From Peterkaempfera griseoplana (GTDB lineage: Bacteria > Actinomycetota > Actinomycetes > Streptomycetales > Streptomycetaceae): 24,000 bases of DNA. The position numbers were made by a program, and so were the translations under genes. The notes below the pieces were generated by a model. The model saw nothing but the letters and a program-made list of their open reading frames with translations. It had not been told where the DNA came from and made no database searches. The stretch lies in NCBI RefSeq assembly GCF_001418575.1, contig NZ_LIQR01000222.1:2554-26553 (forward strand), read 5' to 3'. Positions 8,429 through 15,341 of the stretch are shown in pieces. The first letter of the stretch is position 1; the number at the start of each line of letters is the position of its first letter.

Positions 8429-8457
8429 TTGACCTGCGGACCCAGGCCCGCGAAGAT
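8429..8457 (+). promoter_or_regulatory. Candidate internal sigma-70 (HrdB-like) promoter for the exporter genes
   Basis: TTGACC (8429-8434), a 17-nt spacer, then GAAGAT (8452-8457). It sits in the only lower-GC gap inside the operon (8414-8540). This is a sequence resemblance only. Confidence 0.25.
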
Positions 8458-8459
8458 CC

Positions 8460-8477
8460 CCGTTGCAGCAGCAACGG
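8460..8477 (+). promoter_or_regulatory. Perfect small stem-loop in the GT2/permease gap (5'-UTR stabiliser, processing site or weak attenuator)
   Basis: ccgttgc-agca-gcaacgg forms a 7-bp perfect stem with a 4-nt loop. The ccgttg core recurs about 40 nt downstream (cccgttgaacgg). Confidence 0.3.
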
Positions 8478-8540
8478 CACGATTGCAGGAGAGCGCCCGT
8501 TGAACGGAAGCCGGACCTGCCGATCTCGCATAGGACGAAA

Positions 8541-9452
8541 GTGTCAACAGTGAGTGAGCACATCCGCCCCGTAGCGGTGGCGGGAGGCCCTGACCAGGGC
8601 CTGAGCCCGGCGCAGCTCGCCGCCAAGTACGGCCTGTCGGTGAGCGGCGCGCGCCCGAGCCTTCCGGCGTACATCCGGCAGCTCTGGTCGAGACGGCACT
8701 TCATCGTGGCGTACTCCACGGCGCGGCTGACGGCCATGTACACCAAGGCCAAACTCGGTCAGCTGTGGCAGGTGATGACCCCGCTGCTGAACTGCGCGGT
8801 CTACTTCCTGATCTTCGGGCTGCTGCTGAAGACCGGGCGGGGTACCCCGCACTTCATCCAGTTCCTCTGCATCGGCGTCTTCATCTTCACCTTCACCCAG
8901 AACGCGGTGATGGCCGGCACCCGGTCCATCGCCGACAACCTGGGGCTGGTGCGGGCGCTGCACTTCCCGCGCGCCTGCCTGCCGATCTCCTTCACCATCA
9001 TCCAGCTGCAGCAGCTGCTGTTCTCGATGATCGTGCTGCTGGGCATCGTGCTCTTCGCCAACCCGCCGCTGATGGCCTGGGTGCTGGTACTGCCCGCGCT
9101 GGGGCTGCAGTTCGTCTTCAACACCGGACTGGCGATGATCCTGGCCAGGGTGGGTGCCAAGGTCACGGACACCGCGCAGCTGATGCCCTTCATCCTGCGC
9201 ACCTGGATGTACGCCTCCGGCGTGATGTTCAACATCCAGAACATCGACGTCCCCTCCTGGGCCCGGACCCTGCTGGACGTCAACCCCATCGCGGTCTACA
9301 TCGACCTGATGCGCTACTCCCTGCTGCGGTCGGTGCACAGCGACATCCTGCCCGCGCACGTCTGGGGCTGGGCGATCGGCTGGGCGGTCGTCGTGGGCCT
9401 CGGTGGGTTCGTGTACTTCTGGAAGGCTGAGGAGGAGTACGGCCGTGGCTGA
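8541..9452 (+). CDS. ABC-2 type transporter permease (Wzm/TagG-like polysaccharide/teichoic-acid exporter family)
   Basis: It has six hydrophobic helices and the typical N-terminal LWSRRHFIVAYSTARL...YTKAKLGQLWQVMTPLL segment of ABC-2 exporters. AGGA at 8532-8535 precedes GTG 8541 (GTG 8550 is an alternative). The earlier part of the track ORF from 8463 looks non-coding. Confidence 0.85.
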   Translation: MSTVSEHIRPVAVAGGPDQGLSPAQLAAKYGLSVSGARPSLPAYIRQLWSRRHFIVAYSTARLTAMYTKAKLGQLWQVMTPLLNCAVYFLIFGLLLKTGRGTPHFIQFLCIGVFIFTFTQNAVMAGTRSIADNLGLVRALHFPRACLPISFTIIQLQQLLFSMIVLLGIVLFANPPLMAWVLVLPALGLQFVFNTGLAMILARVGAKVTDTAQLMPFILRTWMYASGVMFNIQNIDVPSWARTLLDVNPIAVYIDLMRYSLLRSVHSDILPAHVWGWAIGWAVVVGLGGFVYFWKAEEEYGRG

Positions 9453-10251
9453 GGCACCGACCATGACCGAGGACGCCGGCACCATCACCCGGGAGCGCAT
9501 CCCGACCGTGATCGTCGACGGCCTGCACATCGTCTACCGCGTGCACGGCGCGGGCAGCGGCAAGGGCAGCGCCACCTCGGCGCTGAGCCGCATCGTCTCC
9601 AAGCGGCGCTCCCCCTCGGTGCGCGAGGTGCACGCCGTGCGCGGGGTGACCTTCACCGCCTACAAGGGCGAGGCCATCGGCCTGATCGGCTCCAACGGCT
9701 CGGGCAAGTCGACCCTGCTGCGGGCCATCGCGGGCCTGCTGCCGGCCGAGCGCGGCGCCGTCTACACCGACGGGCAGCCGTCGCTGCTGGGCGTCAACGC
9801 GGCGCTGATGAACGACCTCACGGGTGAGCGCAACGTCATCCTCGGCGGCCTGGCCATGGGCATGAGCCAGGACGAGATCAAGTCCCGCTACGAGGAGATC
9901 GTGGACTTCTCGGGGATCAACGAGAAGGGCGACTTCATCTCGTTGCCGATGCGCACCTACTCCTCCGGTATGGCGGCCCGGCTGCGGTTCTCCATCGCCG
10001 CGGCCAAGAGCCATGACGTCCTCATGATCGACGAGGCGCTGGCCACCGGTGACGCCAAGTTCCAGCGCCGCAGCGAGGAGCGCATCCGCGAGCTGCGCAA
10101 GGAGGCCGGCACCGTCTTCCTGGTGAGCCACAACAACAAGTCGATCCGCGACACCTGCGACCGCGTGATCTGGCTGGAGAAGGGCGAACTGCTGATGGAC
10201 GGGCCCACCGACGAGGTGATCAAGGCCTACGAGAAGGAGAACAAGCGCTGA
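9445..10251 (+). CDS. ABC transporter ATP-binding protein (Wzt/TagH/KpsT-like, with no C-terminal carbohydrate-binding extension)
   Basis: Walker A is GSNGSGKST, the signature is YSSGMAARL and Walker B is VLMIDEAL. GGAGGAG at 9431-9437 precedes GTG 9445, which overlaps the permease stop (GTGGCTGA). ATG 9463 is an alternative start. Confidence 0.9.
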   Translation: MAEAPTMTEDAGTITRERIPTVIVDGLHIVYRVHGAGSGKGSATSALSRIVSKRRSPSVREVHAVRGVTFTAYKGEAIGLIGSNGSGKSTLLRAIAGLLPAERGAVYTDGQPSLLGVNAALMNDLTGERNVILGGLAMGMSQDEIKSRYEEIVDFSGINEKGDFISLPMRTYSSGMAARLRFSIAAAKSHDVLMIDEALATGDAKFQRRSEERIRELRKEAGTVFLVSHNNKSIRDTCDRVIWLEKGELLMDGPTDEVIKAYEKENKR

Positions 10252-10276
10252 CGCGCGGCTCCTCTCCCACCGCCGC

Positions 10277-10326
10277 GGCCGAGGGCCGGGGACGGGGTGC
10301 ACACCCCGCCTCCCCGGCCCTCGGCC
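10277..10326 (+). terminator. Strong GC hairpin closing the seven-gene operon
   Basis: ggccgagggccgggga (10277-10292) pairs perfectly with tccccggccctcggcc (10311-10326). The stem extends imperfectly through an inner gggg/cccc helix. It lies 26 nt after the ATPase stop. Confidence 0.6.
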
Positions 10327-10571
10327 GTCGGTGATTCCGGCCGGGGATCACCCCGTGGCAGCCGCTGTCGTCACCCCGGCCTAGAGTGAGTGCACACCCC
10401 GGCGAGCCGGCGCAGGTTGTGCTCTCGCGGGGGTGAGGGCGTGTCCGCTGTGTGCACGCCGTCAAGATCGGTGTAGAACGGGGGAGTGACGCCAGTGGTG
10501 GCTTCGGCCCATTCCGAGGGGGCGCGCGGCCCGGCGCCGCGACCTGCCGGCAGCCAGGCGGGCGGTCGCCG

Positions 10572-11552
10572 GTGACCGCGGACGGACGTACGGCCAGTCC
10601 CGGCGCGCCCGTGGAGGGCGCGGTACTGGGCAAGGCGGCGAGGGAGAACTTCCCCGTCGCCCCCTTCTTCCTGCCCGCAGCCTGGCGGGACGACCTGATG
10701 GCGGTCTACGGGTTCGCCCGGCTGGTCGACGACGCGGGCGACGGCGACCTGGACGACCCGCAGCGGACCGCCGACCTGCTCGGCGTCGACACGCCCGTCC
10801 CGCAGACCCGCACCCGGCCCGGCACCGCGCTGCCCTCCGAGGAGGAGACCGAGTTCCGGCTGGCCCTGCTGGACGGCCTGGAGCGCGACCTGGACCGGGT
10901 CTTCGCCATCGTGCTGGGCACCGGCGGCCTGGAGCAGGCCCGCCACCCCCTGATGCGCGCGCTGGTACCACTGGTGGAAAATCGCGGGCTCAGCGCCGAA
11001 CCCTTCCGTAACCTGATCCAGGCGAACCGGGTGGACCAGCAGACCGTCCGGTACGCCCGCTACGAGGACCTGCTGGGCTACTGCGAGCTGTCCGCCAATC
11101 CGGTCGGTCGGCTGGTGCTGTCCATCGCGGGCGTCTCCACACCCGAACGGGTGGAGCGCTCGGATGCGATCTGCAGCGCACTGCAGGTGATCGAGCATCT
11201 GCAGGACGTTGCGGAGGACCGTGCGAGGGGGAGGATCTATCTGCCCGCGGAGGACCTGGACCGATTCGGCGTGACCGAGACGGACCTCGCCGCCCCCACC
11301 GCGAGCGAGCGGGTGCGTGACCTGGTCGCCTTCCAGGCACGTCGAGCAGGGACCCTGCTCGATCATGGCGCACCACTGGTAGGTAGCGTGCGGGGGAGGC
11401 TCAGGCTGCTGCTCGCCGGTTTCACCGCCGGAGGGCGCGCCGCCCTGGGGGCGATCCACGCCGCCGGGTACGACGTACTGCCGGGGCCGCCCAAGCCCGC
11501 CAAGAGCCGTCTCCTGCGGGAGGCTGCGGCCACATTTGTGAAGGGAAGGTGA
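10572..11552 (+). CDS. hpnC: Squalene synthase HpnC (hydroxysqualene synthase, trans-isoprenyl diphosphate synthase head-to-head family)
   Basis: It contains KAARENFPVAPFFLP, FARLVDDAGDG and LQDVAEDRARGRIYLP, the Asp-rich motifs of the squalene/phytoene synthase fold. The start is uncertain: GTG 10572 is preferred, GTG 10611 is possible, and the track start 10452 lies in a low-GC3 leader. Confidence 0.85.
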   Translation: MTADGRTASPGAPVEGAVLGKAARENFPVAPFFLPAAWRDDLMAVYGFARLVDDAGDGDLDDPQRTADLLGVDTPVPQTRTRPGTALPSEEETEFRLALLDGLERDLDRVFAIVLGTGGLEQARHPLMRALVPLVENRGLSAEPFRNLIQANRVDQQTVRYARYEDLLGYCELSANPVGRLVLSIAGVSTPERVERSDAICSALQVIEHLQDVAEDRARGRIYLPAEDLDRFGVTETDLAAPTASERVRDLVAFQARRAGTLLDHGAPLVGSVRGRLRLLLAGFTAGGRAALGAIHAAGYDVLPGPPKPAKSRLLREAAATFVKGR

Positions 11553-12451
11553 GCCCCGGGGTGGCGGCATCACCACTGGCGTCCGCGCAGGTCATGGCGG
11601 CATACCGGTACTGCGAGGCAGTCACCGGTATGCAGGCGCGCAACTTCAGCTACGGGATCAGGCTGCTGCCGGAGCCCAAGCGGCTGGCCATGTCCGCGCT
11701 CTACGCCCTCGCCCGCCGGGTCGACGACATCGGCGACGGGGACCTCGCGCCCGAGCGCAAGGCCGAGCTGCTCGGCCGCACCCGCGCCCTGCTCGACGAG
11801 GTCCGCGCCGGTGAGGTGCAGGAGGACGACACCGACCCGATCAAGGTCGCCCTGGCGGACGCCGCCGAGCGCTTCCCCGTCCCGGTGGACGCCTTCGACG
11901 AGCTGATCGACGGCGTGGAGATGGACCTGCGCGGCGCCGAGTACGCGACCTTCGAGGACCTGCGCACCTACTGCCGCTGTGTGGCGGGCTCCATCGGGCG
12001 GCTCTCGCTGGGCGTCTTCGGCTGCACCGACCCCAAGCTCGGCGCCGAGTACGCCGACACCCTGGGCCTGGCCCTGCAGCTCACCAACATCCTGCGCGAC
12101 CTGCGTGAGGACGCCGCCAACGGCCGCACCTACCTGCCGGCCGAGGATCTGGCCAGGTTCGGCTGCGAGTCCGGCTTCGACACCGCCCGCCCCCCGGCGG
12201 GCGCCGACTTCACCGGGCTGGTCGCCTTCCAGGCCGCACGGGCGCAGCGGTACTTCGAGGAGGGCCTGCTGCTGCTCCCGATGCTCGACCGCCGCAGCCG
12301 GGCCTGCACCGCGGCCATGGCGGGCATCTACCACCGGCTGCTGCAGCGGATCGCGGCGGAGCCGGAGTCGGTGCTGCGCGGCCGGGTGTCGCTGCCCGGA
12401 TGGGAGAAGGCCTATGTGGCGCTCTCCGGCCTGGCCGGAGGGCGCTCTTGA
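11549..12451 (+). CDS. hpnD: Presqualene diphosphate synthase HpnD
   Basis: It contains YRYCEAVTGMQARNFSYGIRLLP, ARRVDDIGDG and LRDLREDAANGRTYLP. GTG 11549 overlaps the hpnC stop (GTGA). ATG 11594 is an alternative start. Confidence 0.85.
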   Translation: MSPGVAASPLASAQVMAAYRYCEAVTGMQARNFSYGIRLLPEPKRLAMSALYALARRVDDIGDGDLAPERKAELLGRTRALLDEVRAGEVQEDDTDPIKVALADAAERFPVPVDAFDELIDGVEMDLRGAEYATFEDLRTYCRCVAGSIGRLSLGVFGCTDPKLGAEYADTLGLALQLTNILRDLREDAANGRTYLPAEDLARFGCESGFDTARPPAGADFTGLVAFQAARAQRYFEEGLLLLPMLDRRSRACTAAMAGIYHRLLQRIAAEPESVLRGRVSLPGWEKAYVALSGLAGGRS

Positions 12452-12557
12452 CCGCAACACCGTCACCGGCCGCCGCCGCGGAACCGCGCGGACGGGCGGA
12501 CGCGTCCACAGCGGTGCGATCGCCGCGGCGCGGCGACCGCACCCGGGGGGAGGGGCG

Positions 12558-14093
12558 ATGAGCGGCGCCGTACCGCAGGACCGTGCCGCGGCGGTGGTCG
12601 TCGGCGGCGGTCTGGCCGGCATCACCGCCGCACTGCGGCTGGCCGAGGCCGGGCTGGCCGTCACCCTGGTCGAGAACCGCCCCCGCCTCGGCGGGCTGGC
12701 CTTCTCGTTCCGGCGCGGCGACCTGACCGTCGACAACGGCCAGCATGTCTTCCTGCGCTGCTGCACCGCCTACCGCGGCCTGGTCACCCGGCTCGGCGCC
12801 GACCACCTGGTGAGCCTGCAGCGGCGGCTGGACGTGCCTGTCCTGGATGTCGCAGCAGCGCCTTCCCGCGGGAGCGGGACCGACGGCCTGCGCCTGGGAC
12901 GGCTGCGCCGCGCGGCGCTGCCGGTGCCGCTGCACCTGGCCGGCAGCCTGTCGCGCTACCCGCACCTGGGCACCGCCGACCGCCTGGGCGTGGTGCGGGC
13001 GACCCTCGCCCTGTGGCGACTGGACCTGTCGGATCCGGCCCTGGACGAGCAGTCCTTCGGCGACTGGCTGCGCGCGCAGGGGCAGTCCCGCCGCGCCGTC
13101 GAGGCGCTCTGGGACCTGGTCGGCGTCGCCACCCTCAACGCCACCGCGGACCAGGTGTCCCTGGCGCTCGCCGCCATGGTCTTCAAGACCGGCCTGCTCT
13201 CCGACCCCGGAGCCTCCGACATCGGCTGGGCCGACGCCCCCCTGGGCGCCATCCACCACGACGCGGCGCTGGACGCCCTCCAGCAGAGCGGGGTACGGGT
13301 CCTGCTGCGCGCCAGAGCATCGGCGCTGAAGTCATCCGCCGGGGGCCTGGAGGCGGACGCTCCGGGCGGCGGTGACGCCCCCTCCCAAGGTTCGAATACG
13401 TACCGCCCGGCCGGGTCCGGCCACGACCGGCACTCCGTGCGGGTGGAGGGCGACCGGCTGCCCGCCGGCGGCGAGCTGCTGCACGCGGACGCCGTGGTGC
13501 TGGCCGTACCGCAGGATGCCGCAGCCGACCTGCTCCCCCCGGACACCATCGACGACCAGCAGCGGTTGCGCCGGCTCGGCACCGCGCCCATCCTCAACCT
13601 GCATGCCGTCTACGACCGCCGGGTGCTGCGCAGGCCGTTCTTCGCGGGCCTCGGCACACCGGTCCAGTGGGTGTTCGACCGGACCCGGCACTCCGGGCTC
13701 GCCGAACGGGACCAGCGCGCCCAGTACATCGCCGTCTCCCAGTCGGCGGCGCAGGAGGAGATCGACCTGCCCGTCGCCGAGCTGCGCCGCCGCTATCTGC
13801 CCGAGCTGGCGCGGCTGCTGCCCGCCGCGCGCGACGCCCGGGTGCTGGACTTCTTCGTGACCCGGGAGCGCAACGCCACCTTCGACCCGGCTCCGGGCAG
13901 CGCCCGGCTGCGGCCCGGCGCCCGTACCCGTACACCGGGCCTGGTGCTGGCCGGAGCATGGACCGCCACCGGCTGGCCCGCCACCATGGAGGGCGCCGTC
14001 CGCAGCGGACACAGCGCCGCCGACGAGGCGCTCGCCGCGCTCGGCGGACGCCCCGCGGGCACGGCCCACACCGCGGGGAGGTGGCCGCAGTGA
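12558..14093 (+). CDS. hpnE: Hydroxysqualene dehydroxylase HpnE (FAD-dependent amine-oxidase/phytoene-desaturase-like)
   Basis: The N-terminal FAD dinucleotide fold is AAVVVGGGLAGITAALRLAEAGLAVTLVENRPRLGG. A G-rich SD (ggggggagggg) precedes ATG 12558. The gene sits in the conserved hpnCDE order. Confidence 0.85.
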   Translation: MSGAVPQDRAAAVVVGGGLAGITAALRLAEAGLAVTLVENRPRLGGLAFSFRRGDLTVDNGQHVFLRCCTAYRGLVTRLGADHLVSLQRRLDVPVLDVAAAPSRGSGTDGLRLGRLRRAALPVPLHLAGSLSRYPHLGTADRLGVVRATLALWRLDLSDPALDEQSFGDWLRAQGQSRRAVEALWDLVGVATLNATADQVSLALAAMVFKTGLLSDPGASDIGWADAPLGAIHHDAALDALQQSGVRVLLRARASALKSSAGGLEADAPGGGDAPSQGSNTYRPAGSGHDRHSVRVEGDRLPAGGELLHADAVVLAVPQDAAADLLPPDTIDDQQRLRRLGTAPILNLHAVYDRRVLRRPFFAGLGTPVQWVFDRTRHSGLAERDQRAQYIAVSQSAAQEEIDLPVAELRRRYLPELARLLPAARDARVLDFFVTRERNATFDPAPGSARLRPGARTRTPGLVLAGAWTATGWPATMEGAVRSGHSAADEALAALGGRPAGTAHTAGRWPQ

Positions 14094-14251
14094 ACCGACC
14101 GACCGCGGCCGAACCGGCCCCGCCCTCGGCACACCGGCGGAGTCGCCCCGCCGTCACGGCTCGGCCCGATGCGGCGTCACCGCCCACGGCAGGCCACCTG
14201 TCCACGACGGAGCACACGCCCGCCGCGGACCACACACCCCAGGGAGAGGGA

Positions 14252-15334
14252 ATGCGCGTGGATTCACGCCTCGACTCGCAGTCCACGGAGGCCGCGCTGA
14301 CGGTGCCGGACCTCCTGGAGCGCGGACGCACCCTGTGCACCCCGCTGCTGCGCGAGGCCGTCGGCCGGCTTGCGGCACCCATGGACACCGTCGCCGCCTA
14401 CCACTTCGGCTGGATCGACCGGGACGGCATGCCCAGCTCCGGCGACGGCGGCAAGGCGGTGCGCCCGGCTCTGGCGCTGCTCTCCGCCCAGGCCGTGGGA
14501 GCCGACCCGCAGACCGGCGCCGCGGGCGGTGCCGCGGTGGAACTGGTGCACAACTTCTCACTGCTCCACGACGACCTGATGGACGGTGACGAGACCCGCC
14601 GCCACCGCGCCACCGCCTGGACCGTCTTCGGCCCGGCCCAGGCCATCCTGGCCGGCGATGCGCTCTTCGCCCTCGCCACCGAGGTGCTGCTGGACGCCCC
14701 CGACGGCTCCGCCGTCCAGGCGTCCGCCGCCGCCCGGGCGGTACGCCGGATCACCACCGCGACCCGCAAGCTGATCGACGGCCAGGCCCAGGACCTCTCC
14801 TTCGAGCACCGCGACCGCGTCACCGTGGAGGAGTGCCTGGAGATGGAGGGCAACAAGACCGGCGCCCTGCTGGCCTGCGCCTCCTCCATCGGCGCGGTCC
14901 TGGCCGGCGCCGACGACCGCACCGCGGACGCCCTGGAGCGCTACGGCTACCACCTGGGCCTGGCCTTCCAGGCGGTGGACGACCTGCTCGGCATCTGGGG
15001 CGCCACCGAGGTCACCGGCAAGCCGCACTGGGGCGACCTGCGCCAGCGCAAGAAGTCGCTGCCGGTCTCCGCCGCCCTCGCCGAGGGCGGCAAGGCCTCG
15101 CTGCGCCTGGCCGAGCTGCTCGCCGACCCCGAGGGGCGGGGCCACGAGGACGAGGAGCAGCTCGCCGTCAGGGCCGCCCTCATCGAGGAGGCCGGCGGCC
15201 GCGCCTGGACCCAGGACGAGGCCCGGCGGCGCCATCAGACCGCCCTCGCCGCCCTGGACGAGGTGCCCATGCCGGATGCGGTGCGTCAGCACTTCGTCGC
15301 ACTCGCCGAATTCGTCGTCGTACGGGAGAGGTGA
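14252..15334 (+). CDS. Polyprenyl diphosphate synthase (trans-IPPS, FPP/GGPP synthase-like) of the hopanoid cluster
   Basis: The first Asp-rich motif is LLHDDLMDGD (14570-14584) and the second is AVDDLLG (14978-14992). AGGGAGAGGG precedes ATG 14252. GTG 14090 is an alternative in-frame start that overlaps the hpnE stop. Confidence 0.85.
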   Translation: MRVDSRLDSQSTEAALTVPDLLERGRTLCTPLLREAVGRLAAPMDTVAAYHFGWIDRDGMPSSGDGGKAVRPALALLSAQAVGADPQTGAAGGAAVELVHNFSLLHDDLMDGDETRRHRATAWTVFGPAQAILAGDALFALATEVLLDAPDGSAVQASAAARAVRRITTATRKLIDGQAQDLSFEHRDRVTVEECLEMEGNKTGALLACASSIGAVLAGADDRTADALERYGYHLGLAFQAVDDLLGIWGATEVTGKPHWGDLRQRKKSLPVSAALAEGGKASLRLAELLADPEGRGHEDEEQLAVRAALIEEAGGRAWTQDEARRRHQTALAALDEVPMPDAVRQHFVALAEFVVVRER

Positions 15335-15341
15335 ACCCAAG

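Noticed and set aside
11979-12557. Upstream part of the 704-aa ORF containing hpnE.
   Set aside because: It overlaps hpnD out of frame and gives a Pro/Ser/Arg-rich nonsense translation. The FAD-binding fold starts just after ATG 12558, which has a strong G-rich SD.
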